Part shown: one piece after another, positions 25,601 to 38,794 of the stretch
How the letters are laid out: each line of letters starts with the position of its first letter
How positions within the stretch are numbered: the first letter of the stretch is position 1
Source of the DNA: Camelus ferus
Lineage: Eukaryota
Direction: 5' to 3'
Length of the DNA stretch: 64,000 nucleotides
Assembly: GCF_009834535.1 (NCBI RefSeq)
Contig: NC_045696.1
Coordinates: 11,472,001-11,536,000 of the forward strand
Notes under the pieces: model-generated
Database searches by the model: none
The model's input: the letters and a program-made list of their open reading frames with translations, nothing else
What the model was told of the DNA's origin: nothing
Made by a program: the position numbers and the translations under genes

Positions 25601-27610
25601 TCTAACAAAGGGACATCCAGGGATAGGAGCCTCCTTCCCAGCAGTTTTGGGAATTCAGGTTTCTGACACCTGGTTTCTGACATTTTGTCCAGATGAGCTG
25701 CAATGCCTATGTGGGTGCCAGTCCAGTGACTGCCAAGCTAAGAGGTGACAACTCGAAGGCACTTGAATAAAATGGTTCCTGGTATCTAAAGGGTCCCCCC
25801 ACTCACCTCCAGGGGAACCGTGGGCTCTAATTCAGGTCTATCCTTCCTTCATCTTCTTTGCACAGGTCTCCTCTAAGAGGGTTTATTAGGCAACTAATCT
25901 ATGAGCTACTTATAAATTCATCCGCTATTTAGAGGTTGGTTCTTTCAGAATCTTCTCAGCAATGAAAACGTCTGAGCTTTTCAACATCGTTTATTCCTTC
26001 GGACACACCTGCTCTTATAAAAGGTCACCTAAGGCTTGAAGAAAGAGAAGAGAGAGCAAGGACAGAGGCAGAGAGGGAGGCAAAGTGAGAGGAAGATGCG
26101 GGATGCTGAGCAGGAATGGAGACCACCCTCCGTGGTCTGCAGTTTGCCAGAATTACCAGCCTCCATCTAGACGATGCACAGGGAAACGAATTATTCTAAC
26201 TCGTACTGGAATGTGCATCCGGCCTTCACACAGCCTGTTCTCTTACAATCTCTGCTGCTTTAGGGAAACCCTGTCACTGTCACCACCACATTATCTGAAG
26301 GCAAGTCCCAGAGCAGCCTGCCAGGGAACTTACAATCTCCTTTCCTCCATCCCTCACCCCCGGACTAGGACGTGCCTTTGTTTACGCCACAGATCCTGGA
26401 AACGAGGGCCAGAAAGACATCCTACAGGCATTTCAACGTCTGCCTTGAATGCTGCTGTATTTGGCCCTCAGGACAACGAAAATGCAATTGCAAAACAATT
26501 TGATAAAAAAAAATTCTTCAAATTGCCCAAGAATCTTTTAAGAATACATCCTATAAAATCTTTGGGGGGGGGTGGCAGGAATCAGTTTCCTCTTATTAAT
26601 CTTCTAATAACAACGAGTGCGTTTATCGACACCTGTCAATGGTGCTTAATCACCCAGCCAAGGGGTCTGGTGTCCCTGCAGCACCTTGCCTGTTTCTGGG
26701 TTGGAAGCCAACTGGGATTCCAAAGAATATAACTGGTCATCTGAATGATATGTTTTAGAAAGTCTTGAGATGGTTTTCAGTATTTGCCAAACAGAATTTC
26801 CTTCTTGGGTATGAACGTTAAATTCACAAAGTTCTACTGATTCTTCTCTTTACTCCTAATATAAAGTTGTTTGAAGTTGATCAAGGTGGAAGAAACTACT
26901 TGCATTTGAGGTGGGTAAAGAAAAAAAGGAGTAAAAGATGGTGCTCACATCTGGGTATAAAAATGATCCCCTGAGAGCCTGCCAAGAGCAAACATACAGG
27001 CAAACAGAAACAGGACTCTTCTAAACAGTGAGTGTGAATTCACTTATGGACCCTGAATTGTAAACTGATGGTGACTCACTCCATTCCAGAACCTCCTTCT
27101 GATTCGTACAGACCTCTAAGTAGCCCTCCGTGGGGGTTTCTCTCTGCATGACCACCAGTGTACTACAGGGCTGGGATAAAGGGATTAAAAAGAGAAAGCA
27201 AGTCACGTTCCTCTTACTTCAGTGCCTCTGCATTCACTGAAAAGTGGAATAAGGCGTGGTCAAGCTAAGGGCAGCATTTCTGAATCAAACTATTTTCCAC
27301 TATTTTTAAGAAGCTTTCTGGTGAATTCAAATGAAAAGAGCCCCTAGAAAAGTTCAGCTCCACCTGAATTAATGGAGAAGCAGAAGTTTGAATAATCCTA
27401 AGAACTAGTTTTATGTTTAAATTATTATTAAAGTTAATTTTCATTTTCAAAACTATTATTAAATATTGGAGGTAAAAGGTGATGCTCTAGAAGTATTGTC
27501 AGGGGATTAGAAATAGACCATGATAATTTTCAAAGTCAGAAAATAAATAATTGAGAATTGACAACACACCACTTGAAGGATAATCTTGCTTAAGGAAAAA
27601 AAAGTCATAC

Positions 27611-27666
27611 CGATCAGCTTGATATTATTGTCTTCATCTAGCAGCAAGTTTTCTATCTTCAAGTCT
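27611..27666 (-). CDS. HUNK: HUNK coding exon (exon 3, 56 nt): (R)DLKIENLLLDEDNNIKLI(D)
   Basis: Completes the HRDLKxEN catalytic loop; tttcag|AGAC acceptor, ATCG|gtatga donor; phase fits the flanking exons. Confidence 0.97.
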
Positions 27667-30600
27667 CTGAAATAAAGAAAACCACACAACATTTCAGATA
27701 AGCACTTGAATAACATTTTGCTTCTGAAAGGAAAATGTTTAAGAGCCACTTTGAACCAACTCATAAAGCTTTCTGCCAAAACTCACGCAATCGATAAGTA
27801 AATATTTATAGAACGTGATATAAGTAATTGCTGCAGACTGAAAAAGCTACATGATTTCGGAGAAGACAGACAGCAAGGAGGGCAGAACAAACCAGTTTCT
27901 GGGAAAAGCGGGACCAACACTGAAACTTGGAAGTGAAGGAAACCGGGTTTGGGAGACGGTGGAAGTCGTCATTCCAGGCAGGCTCCGCTAGAACAGTCGG
28001 GAAATGCAAATGTGGCCACGTGTTTGTGAGTCGGTGAGCAACACCAGCCAGAGTAAGAAAGATTGAGGAAAGCAGTTTAAAAAAAAAAAAAAAAAAGAAA
28101 GCTGACATAATTATTAGTCCTACAACCTCCAAGCTTGGTGTTACCCACAAATTGGTAGGTGGTAATAAATTAATCTATTTAGCAAGCAGCTATTACAGTG
28201 GGCAGAAAAATAAACCCCAAAGATGTCAGGGTCCTAATCCCTGGTATTATGCCTGAGGACATGTTAACATGACATGACCAAAGGGAATTAAGTGCTAATC
28301 AGATGATGGGTGATTTTGATAGTGGACACTGAGCTGACTGGAGGAGGTGGGAGGAAGAAATGCACTCAGGGTCATGCTGAGTGAGGGGCCTGTGGCATCC
28401 GTACAAGCTGACTGTCAACCCTTTGAAGGCAGGAAACACGTCTGCCTTACTTACCACTGTGCCCCAGTACCTTTGCACATTCTATACCTAGTAAATATCA
28501 GTGCATCTAATTATCAAAGTGATTGTTTAGAATTCCAGAATTTAAAACTGTGGGCAAAATAATAAACCATCTACATCAATGATTATGAGCATCTTACGTT
28601 GTAGCCTCTCAACTCAGACACACCATGAATATTAAATATAGAAGAATATTCCTCCCTTCTATACACACACAAAATGCTTTCTTCCACTGTCTTGAAACAT
28701 AGCATCCTTGGTCCAGTTTTTATTTTTCCCACTTGTGAATAGAGATATGGGCAAAAGAATTATTTTTGTCCTCTTATCTCTGTTGTAAGAACTAGAATAG
28801 CATGGTCATGGTAAACAAAAACAACAACTGATAGCAGGTGTCAGAAGAGCTGAGGCAGAAGGGAGCAGCTTCTAGGACTGTGGTAGCCCGGCAGAGCACG
28901 AAGTGTCCCATCTAACGGGGACAGCAGCTCACAGCTCAGTCTCAGCACAGCCACCTCCTCCTGTTTTCCAAGAGAAGCCAGAAATCTGGATTCAATCCCA
29001 ATTTTTAAATGTTGGCAACAAATTCACATCTGAAACAACAATAACTACCACAATGCGTGGGCCAACCTCGCAGGCAAGATACAACCCACAGGCTACCAAT
29101 TTTCAACCTCAGTATGGATGGAGGTTGAGCCTTGAAAGGACAGGAGATGCCCAAGGAAAGGGAAGAGGATGATGGGGGCGGGGGAACCAAGGATGACATC
29201 TTGGTGGGAACACTGACATTCAGAGCTGGCTGGGAGGGAACAGTCGGGGAAGTATCAGCACAGGAATGACAAGAGGCAGCATTTCAAGATGAGAAGAGTT
29301 AAGTCAAATGCAGAAAAAGACCAGCTCTGAAAACCTGACCGGAGGATTGCAAAATTGGAAGGCGGCTGGTAGCCTTAGGGTTGGACACCTGGATGAGAAG
29401 GGAGATTGCGCTGAACCTGGCAGTTGGGGAAGATAAACAGACGGTCCCCAAACCACACACACACCCATCCACCAATGGGAGGAAGAATTGTATACCTTCA
29501 CTTCAATTCAAACGAAACAGTACACAGAGTACTGAAAAACTGCCCAGCCGTTAAAATATATCACATGTGTCCAAATGCAGGATGTCCCCCAGTATAAGGT
29601 GATCTTCCTCACTCTTCCAGTGGGTAGACCCTGCCCCTCAGGAGGGGTTTTGAAAAGCACAGAGATATAATTTTTAGAAATGCAATGAAATTACCAAATG
29701 ATTATACTATTTATCTATAGAGCTGCACCGTCATATTCAAGATACTATAAGGTTAATATAATTAACCTTAGAAATATCACTCCCATACTCCACATTTTAT
29801 GAAACAGTTTCATTCAAACTTGTCACAGGCAGGAGCAGGATGACAGACAGCATCATCACAGGGTGTTTCCAGTGTAACGTGATCTTTAGGTGGACTGGAT
29901 GTTTGAGATGAAGCACTTTTCAAACCTGTGCATGATGCACTTGCTGGAAATACTATCCCAGGCATCCATTCTGAATGTCTATAAATTCACTGTTCAGTGA
30001 ATTGAGTTTAGAGTCGTCTCACAAGTGCTCACAATTATGTCATATCCCTTTAGAAGTTATTATTAAAACTATATAAAATGTCTTTGCCTCCCTTTCTATT
30101 GGCTTCCTCAGGTGACTTCCAGAGTTCCCAAAGTCATCAGTGGGTCAGGTCAAGGTTAACTGGTACTTTGTTGTTGAAAATAAAATAATTGAGATTGTGC
30201 CCTCATACTGTGAGACACTTGGCAAGCACTCTGTAAGGCACCTCCTCTTCCCTGGAGATGATGGGGACAGAATATAACCTTAACCTTATATTCAAGCATA
30301 TACGGTAATTCCCAGCTACTTGCAAAGACTCACAAAACAGTGTGCCAGCAATAGCCCAAACTGTGATTCTGTGAAAACTGATTATAAAGCAGCAGCACTA
30401 TTTTCATCTAAAGGAGGGCCACAGTTTGTTTCCAGCAAAATTAAACCTCTTTCCCTGGGAAGAATGGAAGCCACACTAAGGCATTAAAGGAGAAATTTGG
30501 TTCAGAACAAATACTATGGAGAAAAACCTCTTAAAGACAGGAGGTAAAGGAAAGCAATTGACAAGAATAATAAAACTAAGCTGGATAATTCTGGGGCCAC

Positions 30601-31136
30601 AAAAGCCCAGGGAACAACCACAATGATTAGAAAAATGATATAAATGGAAGGCTAAAAATAAGAGAAAATGCAGAAGAAAAAAAAATGCCCACTTTTAAAA
30701 TCAGGAAAATGTCATAAAACCAGGGGAGAAAGTATTAAAAGGTAATTATTAGGCAAAATGAAAAAAATGAAACCACGGTTTATTTTCACCCGTTGCATCC
30801 CATAGTAACCTACCCCAGCCCATGGGAAAAATGCTCAGCGCAAATCTGGCTAACTGGTTGTTTACGCAGATCTTACCCTTTTGTTAAGGTTTCTAAAAGA
30901 TTTCAGCAATAACCAATCTAACTGCCTAAAGGTTCCAGGACTAGTTAATGGAAAGGTAGCTACATCTGTCTCTGTACTCAATCTACCCAAATGAAAGGAA
31001 CATTAGACCTCTTCTGGCTTTATTTCCACCTCCTGCTTTGTCTTTGGAGACTTACCTAGAAGGAGGGGATGGATACTTTCCTTCCAACTCTTTAGGGAAA
31101 AAGGCTCTAAAATTACATTTTTAAAAATAGTTTTCA

Positions 31137-31260
31137 GGGAGGGTATAGCTCAAGTGGCAGAATGCATGCTTAGCATGCATGAGGTCCTAGGTTCAATCCC
31201 CAGTTTCCTCTAAGAATAAATAAATAAGTAAACCTAATTAATTACCTTCCCCACCAAAAT
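31137..31260 (+). mobile_element. tRNA-Ala-derived SINE (Vic-1-like), long tail
   Basis: tRNA-like head, (TAAA)n linker, TSD aaaaatagtttt. Confidence 0.9.
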
Positions 31261-31272
31261 AAAAATAGTTTT

Positions 31273-31319
31273 AACAACACTGTAAATCAATTATACTTCA
31301 ATAAAAAATAAAAACAAAT
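31273..31319 (+). mobile_element. Ultra-short L1 3'-terminal stub
   Basis: aacaacactgtaaatcaattatacttcaataaaaaa matches the terminus of the L1 ending at 19346; flanked by aaaaatagtttt / aaaagtagtttt. Confidence 0.75.
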
Positions 31320-31332
31320 AAAAGTAGTTTTA

Positions 31333-31990
31333 GCCTAGGTATCTACCCAAACAAACAGAAAACTTATGGACATGAATGTTTACAGCAGCTTTATTCATAA
31401 TTGTCAAAACTGGGAAGCATCAAGATGTCCTTCAGTAGGTAAATGGATAAACAAACTGTGGGGCATCAAGCAACAAAAAGAAATGAGCTATCAAGCCATG
31501 AAAGCCATGGAGGAGTCTTAAGTGAATGTCTTTAAGTGAAAGAAGGTGATCTGAAAAGACTATGTACTGTATGATTCCAACTACATGACCTTCTGGAAAA
31601 AACAAAACTATAGGCAGTGAAAATGTCACTGGTTGCCACAGGTTGCAGGAGGAAGGGTAGAGTGAAGAGGTGGAGCACATTTTTTTAGGGTGGTGAAACT
31701 TTTCTGTATGGTACTATAATGGTGGCAACATGACATCATGCATTTGTCAAAACCCATAGAATGTACAATACAAAGAGTATCTTAATGTACTGAGTACCCT
31801 AAGGAACCCTAATGGAAACAATTAATAATAACATATCAGTATTGGTTCATCAATTGTAACCAATGTACTATTCTATTGTAAGATACTAATAATAGGTCAA
31901 ACAATGTGGGAGGGAGGTGGGAACTCTGCAGTTTTGCACAATTTTTCTATAAATTTAAAACTGCTTTAAAAATTAAAGTCTATTAATTTT
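31333..31990 (+). mobile_element. Old L1 3' region (L1MC-like)
   Basis: aatgtttacagcagctttattcataattg...catttgtcaaaacccatagaatgtaca; boundaries approximate. Confidence 0.8.
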
Positions 31991-32701
31991 TTTAAGTAGT
32001 ACCTGGATATCTCCCCTCTTCCTACGAGGTCAGTACTAGGCATGCTATGGTTACCACCAACTGCCTCACTCAGGATGTTCATGCTCGAGCATGCTTACCA
32101 CCTGAAGTTAATTAAGAATCCATTCAGTACAGTGGGCCACTCAGACCCTCTGCCTGGCTACTCAGCAATGACCCCAAAGGCCACAGATAATACTAAGAGG
32201 CCACAGAATTGAAAGTTATTGTCTTGAATAATAAACAAAGGATGAACTTATTCTTAAGGTTTTAGTGTTAGTGTATTACCATGTAACATTAAAAAAAAAA
32301 AAATACTGGCAGGCCTCTATTATCCAGAAAGTTCCCTGTGGTCCAAGTGAAAAGCATGGGGTTTACCCTAGCTCCACCCCGAGAGCAAACTAGGTGGCTG
32401 TGTTAAGTGTCAGAGCCACCGGATGGGAAGGAAGGTTCTGACAGTTGATGGTTTGCACTTAATGATGGGGCGATGCTCACTTTTGCATTAACGCTCCTTG
32501 ATTGGATTACTCACTTTGTGGTGAAGAGAGAGTAGAGGGCTCTTCCTCTAGTCCTACAGTGTGAGGGGCTCCTCTCCGTGGCAGGCAAACTTGACGTGGT
32601 ATGAACTTATAACTGAAAGCCAAAGGGAAGGAATGAAAATGGTCCCTGCTGGAGAGGCAATAGCTTTTCCTTGGCCAAAAGGGAATTCCAAGAGGAGTCA
32701 G

Positions 32702-33323
32702 TGTTGCTGGCAATTAGGTTCTTGTCTCATCCCAGAAAGAATTCAGAGCCAAGATGTGGAGGTCAAGAAAGTTAAGCGAGTATTTATTAAGTGATGGACA
32801 GTACCCTTTCAAGGGGAAGGGCAGGCAGGCTCAGGTGAGCAGCTTCCCTGAGTTTCTTGGGCATCTGGCTACCTTGGGTGTAAAAACGAATGGGTGGAAT
32901 ATTCATTGGGGAGGGAAGGGCTTGGGGTCCTAGTCCTTGACTTTCATCCCAACTCCACCTATCCGAGGGGAGGAGGGGTTTTGTCCTTATTTAGTCTGGA
33001 TCGGAAGTGTCATGGCCTCGGTGCATGAGGGGTACTTCTAATCTGCAAGGCTAATTTTATTGTAATGAGGGCGTAATGAGGGCATAATGAGCAAAATTAC
33101 ACTTGGACACTGGAAATTTCTGCCCTTTCCCACCTTTCTTTGCCTGCCTCCAGGGACACTTGTCACCCCCTAAATGTGTCATCTCTTATCAGTCCAGAGG
33201 TTCCTCCTTTCTTCTGTCTTCCCAAGGACCCCAGCTGTTCACAAGATGTATGGTTTCCTGCCATTTGGCCCATGCCCCCCCCACCTTTCTCTGTTTATAT
33301 CTAGTTATCTGCCTGCTCCAACA
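32702..33323 (-). mobile_element. Intact 622-bp ERV-type solo LTR (4-bp TSD suggests ERV1)
   Basis: TGTTG...CAACA termini, perfect TSD tcag (32698-32701, 33324-33327), AATAAA on the minus strand at 32783-32788. Confidence 0.85.
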
Positions 33324-34214
33324 TCAGGACAAGCAAGAAAAGGGAGGGAGCACGTATGGAGGACCTGGTGACTAGGACAGTGCTAAGGGGCAGCGGTGGG
33401 AACAGTGTGTCTTGGGAACAAAGGGAAGTGGCCAGTGAAGTGGCCCTTCAGCAAAGCATGAGGAGGGAGCCCAGACCAGAGGAGGCCAACCAGAGTGCAG
33501 GTTCAGAGGCTTCTGGATCCCTTCTCTGGTAACCAGGCCATTTCAGGGAGAAATGCCTAATGGGGCTCATCATGGCGGCCCTTGGCAGACCTGACCTTGG
33601 ATTCTGTTCCCTGCACTGTTTGGGGGTGGGGAGTCAGGGTGGGGAGGCATTTTTCCAGAGACTGAGAGAAGGCCCAGGGGAGAGCCCTAACCACCAGCCC
33701 TTTATTCTAGGTTATTTCAAAAGAACAAGCTCAAACAGGCCATGACTAACAATTGAAGTTCACCCACGGGCTACCAAGCACGCCTCCCCCTCCCCCCACC
33801 CAACCACTCCAAGGTTCCTTCCATTTTTTAAAAGATGGTAATCTCTAGGGTTTGGAGACTGGCTACAGTGAACTCCAATCACTGCCCTCCCAAACAGAGG
33901 GGTGGGGAGGTACCCCATTGCCCTAAAAAACACAGAGTCCCCATGCACTGTGGTTGGGGGTGGGGTGGGGAGAAGTGGCAGCTGCTAGGACCCTGCAGAG
34001 CAGAGGCAGACAGGAGCAGCACGGGGGAGTGGGGAGTGGGAGTGCGTGTGTGCACACTCACCTGAGTCTGTGCATGGGTGTGCACGTGTGTGGCAGTGCA
34101 CACACTCCATGGAGGGGTACGTGTATGAGGGTGCACGTGTGTGACTATATATGTTGCATGCATGCCTGCAAGTGTGTTTGTGAGCACACGTGCCCATGTG
34201 TACACATGGGCATG

Positions 34215-34217
<3 letters not shown>

Positions 34218-34257
<40 letters not shown>
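34218..34257 (+). repeat. (TG)20 within a degenerate purine-pyrimidine tract (about 34042-34268)
   Basis: Read directly. Confidence 0.95.
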
Positions 34258-34258
<1 letters not shown>

Positions 34259-35849
34259 ACGCACATGCTTCCAGAATACTGGGCTGGGAACAAAGGAAGT
34301 TTCTCTCCTGGGCCTCACCAGGCCATGCAGCGAAGGTCGAAGGTCGGGCTACTAACAAGCCCCAGGCCTCAACGGAGAGACAGGAACTCAAGAAGGAGCC
34401 TGCGGGAGCCACCCAGGGCTGAGACCCAAAAAGAAAGTGAGGAACCAAGAGGCAGAAAGCTGCCAGGATTCCAGGGAGGGGAGAGAGGGATGGAGTGGGA
34501 CCTGGAGCAGCTGGTGAGGAGCCAGCAAAGGCCCAAAGTCGGGGGGCTGGGCAAAGCCTGGACAAACAGGGCAGCCTGGGGAGGCGAGAAAGACAGGCAG
34601 CCGAGGCCAGGTCTCTCCAACGACCCTCTGACCCGCTGAGTGGCCTGGGGCAACTTGTTTAAACTCTCTGAGCCTCGGCTTCTTCTTTGGAAAATGGCAT
34701 CATAAGAGGGCCGTTTGCAGGTGGAAATGAGAAAGTGGGCCGCTCCCAGCTGAACAACCTCTGAAAAGAGGTGAGAGGCTGGTGAGGTGAGGTGAGGGTA
34801 GGCCGTTAAAGATTCTAAGACAACGTGAAGGGGGAGACTCCAGAAAAGACTTGAAACAGGTGGTTCATTTGGCGATAAGCAAACAGTACTGCGAGGCACG
34901 AGCCCTCAAATGAAAGGTCAGAGAGAAGGGACTGGGGCAGGAGGCGGGAGGCTGGACCAAGCTCACAGAGGATTAGGTCTGGGGAGGAAGCTGTGCCTGT
35001 GCAGACGGCCACAAGATGGATTTCAGTAATAAGCTAAGAATAAAGCATTCAAGGAAAGTACGTAACTCCTCAAGGCAACAGGCATTTTGCAGAGGTTGAA
35101 CAAGAGGTTTTTTTTTTTTGGTTAGGTTTTATCTTCAAAAGCGCCGTATTAAAACCAAGTGATTTTTTTAATCTTTGATTTATTTACAATATGAGCAATT
35201 TGGTAAAACACATGAATAATTTGTTAAGCGTGTACCTAATTTATTTATTCAAAACGAAACCTGTATTGAGCTCCTACAATGCCCCAGGAACAAATTCTGT
35301 TTATAAAATGAAACAGCTAGTCATTCACTAAAAAGATGCCACTCTACAAATCGTGACCTGAAAAATAAACAAATTGGTACGACGTCAATGAAGAGACTCC
35401 CTTGAAATTCCAGGGAGAATATGAAACATTCCAGAAAGAACATGGAACTGGCTACCAGGAAGCTTCCATGCCAGTGCTAACTCCGACACTAGCTGTATTC
35501 ATTCAGTTTCCCTTCATTCATCCAACAGTCTTACTGTGTGCATGCTGGGCTGGGCACTGGGCTAGGTGGTGGCCTGTGCAGAGGACAGTTACCAAACAAG
35601 CAAGTGATCATGTGAAGAGTATTTGGAGATCAAAGTAGAATTCCGGCGAGTCTATGACAGGGGCGGTGGGGGGTGGGGTGCTTAGCCTGGAGGGCTTCCT
35701 GGAGGAGGAGCTGGGACCTGAAAGATGAGCAGAACTCAGCCAGCCAAAGACAGCAAGGCCAGTACAAGCAGAGAACAGCTGTGAGGCCTTGAGTACACAG
35801 AACTCGGCCTCCGTGGATAAAATGAATGAGGTAGACTGAGTAGTAATCA

Positions 35850-36092
35850 CAGCAAACACGTACTCAGTACTTACCAAGGGTCCCAGTGTTAAGCACTTTA
35901 CATGAATTGACTCATTTAATCCTCACAACAGCCACGTGAAGTGGATAATCCCTTATCTCTATTGTGTAGCGGTGGAGAGAGAGGCACAAAAGCCTAAGTG
36001 ATCTGCCCAGGGCAGCTTCTAAGAGGCAGACCCGGCATGTGGACAGACGCAGGCGGTCTGGCTTCGGAATCCACACGGCTAACCACTGTACA
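35850..36092 (-). mobile_element. MIR SINE relic
   Basis: aagcactttacatgaattgactcatttaatcctcacaacagcc...gaggcaca. Confidence 0.8.
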
Positions 36093-38432
36093 TCACAATC
36101 CATAAAGTTGTGGGGCTAGAGCTCTGTAAAATCTATTTCCCATCATGTTTTTTCAAGCCTAATTAAATGAAAAGCCTTTGATCTATATAATCAGCACTTC
36201 CAGATAGGTGCTCAGGCCCTGGGATCTCCAACAGCCCCTGGGTGTGAGCAGAAGTCACTCCCTTCTCATCTGACTTCCCCTCCCTCCTCTCTCCGAGAAA
36301 GCCTGAGTTAAAAGAACTTCTTAATACCCCACCAGTACAGGTTTGGGCCTGCTTCTTGTCAGGCCCTCGAGAACAAAGAAGGGTCCCCTCTCTTGCCCTG
36401 CATTCCTCCCACGTGCAGAAGGCCCTTTCCCAATGTTGATGAGTGAGGAAGGTCATGGCCCTGGGAGCGGCCGCGATGACACACAGCCAAGCCCAGGCTC
36501 CGGTTCCCTTTGATCATATGTCATTCTTTCTCTCCCAGTCCTTCGGGCCCCCATGGCTTGTCTCTTCCTGCTTAGGGACAGTGGTATTGTGGTACCCTGG
36601 TATGTTTTGTCTGCATAGCTTGATTGGACCTTGTTATTCTGAATGAACAAATGAATCTCAAATTAGCCTCTCAGCAGAATCAGCATTCTTGATGATGGAT
36701 GTTAAGAGTCAACGGTCTACCTAGATTAGGGGACCATCAGATTTTGGCACCCTGCTGGGTGAGCATGGTTGAGAAAAGAAAAAAAAACTCATTAGATTTT
36801 TAAACTCAAAGTATCTCAGGCAATCCAAAAACGATGTAATAAAGAAGTTAAGACCATACTCTAACTTTGCAGAAGTTAAAAACAGCCCTATTGCAGCAAA
36901 AGACACAAAAGCTATGGCAGGTCCAGTTTAAAACGAAGTTCTCTGCCAGCTAAAGAAGTCTGCTTTATAGACGTTTTGTTTTCTTTTTCCCCTTCTACTT
37001 GTCATAGTTACATGATTTTTAAAGATCTTCTTCCTTTAAATGGTATTTAAATAGTTCCATATAGATAATTAAATATTTAGATTTAATTTCACAGGAAATG
37101 AGGACTCTGCTATTAAGATGCATTAAGTTGACGATGACATGACGATATGGTATCAGCCTAATCGGGAACTTTTAGAGCATCCTCTAATACACACAACCAA
37201 ACACCCTTTAAATCACATAATGTAGCCAAATTCATCCTAAATCCTTTCGGATGATCCGATCTGTGTGCTCAGAAATCTGCCTGCTGGGGACTCCGGGACA
37301 TCTCTGAAATGCTATCTAAATTCTCTTACTCATTTGAAAAATCTAACCTCAAAATAATTTATGAAATTCATTCCACCTTTGCAGCACAAAGGAGAAAATT
37401 CTCCATCACTAAAAAGGGCTACAGGATATAACCAGCAGGGAGCCAGATATGTCTACTAAAAATTAGTGGTATAGAACTTTTCAAAGTCAAGATATTCCAT
37501 GTAAAGCCACTCATGAGTCTATTCTAAACAAACGTTGTCCCGTGAGGTTTCAGCCACCTAATCACTTGTATCCGTGTGTGTTGACACTCATTAACTTGAT
37601 TTCTAGCGAGGAAAATGAAGAACTCCTCTGAAATGACACCTAGATTTCCAGTCTTCCCTGACTGGGAGCCCCAGACCTCCCCACAGTGTCCCGCTAAGAC
37701 ACAGGACCTGAGGCTTTGCCAGGATTGGCTTATGAATATATTTCCAAAGAGGGAGGAAGAATTAGAATGCTGGAGAGCAGAGAAAGAAAAGGCACACCAT
37801 CTTTGCTATCAAAACATTATTAAATTCATTCCTTTGACATTCTGACAGTAATTGCGCTGACAGGGATTGGATTTTTGTTAAAATTACTTTAAAAGGGTGT
37901 TGAGAATTTCCTGCAGGAGGGACCAGCCAGCAAGGCACAGCCTTCACTGGCTTTTCCTTTGTCGTCCTCAAAATCTTGCGAAGTCCAGTGTGCATCTGAC
38001 TTTTGACAGCAGGAAACCCTTGTAATAACACCCTGAGTCCCTCAGAAAGCTCTTCCCCTGGTTCTATTTTCCGCCGTGACCTGCGGAGTCAGTAATCCAA
38101 GCTGATTCATTCGTGAGGTTTCTGCCTTTGTCATCTTAATCAACGGAGACAGAACCAGGCACTCTGACGACCATCATTTTCCTAATAATGGCAGAACTAT
38201 GACACGGCAGGTTACACAAGGGTATTGTTGGAAAGAGCCAAAAATAGTCTTATTCACTTCAAATTTCTGAATGTTCCCTTCCTTGTGGATCGAAACTCAA
38301 AGAGTTCTAATGAGGCGTGATTTCGTGACAATATGTGTGACTAAAAATACGTACATGGAGAGGTTGCCTTACCTTGGTGAGGAAATGATCTGCTTGAATG
38401 GCGCCTGGCCAAGGCTGGCTCCTGGAAAGCTC

Positions 38433-38618
38433 TGAGCCCCAGACCTCCCCACAGTGTCCCGCTGAGACACAGAAGCCTCCCCTACTGTGTCCCCCTGAGC
38501 CCAGGACCTCCCCCACAGTCTCCCTCTGAGCTCAAGACCTCCCCACAGTGTCCCCCTGAGACACAGGACCTTCCTCATTGTGTCCCCCTGAACCTGGGAC
38601 CTCCCCTACACTGTCCCA
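38433..38618 (+). repeat. GC-rich minisatellite, unit about 31 bp, about 6 copies
   Basis: Approximate consensus tgagcccaggacctccccacagtgtccccc. Confidence 0.9.
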
Positions 38619-38794
38619 GGTTCTAGCACAGAGGGCAGATCATCCCCTAGTGCCAACCCCACTGGTAGAGAGACAGCCCTCTCCACCTTGAGTTCTTCTG
38701 ATTAAAGACTTGGAAGCTGCATTCTCACTGATCAGAATATGAATGGCTTTCAAACAGATAAAAGGCACCATTAAGAGTTGAATTTTTAAAAGAC

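Noticed and set aside
26085..26732. 215-aa plus-strand ORF
   Set aside because: Non-ATG start, no recognisable domain, antisense within an intron
33879..34565. 228-aa ORF and overlapping ORFs
   Set aside because: Open only because the TG/CA repeat region lacks stop codons
38433..38618. CRISPR-like array
   Set aside because: Tandem degenerate units without unique spacers, in mammalian DNA; a minisatellite
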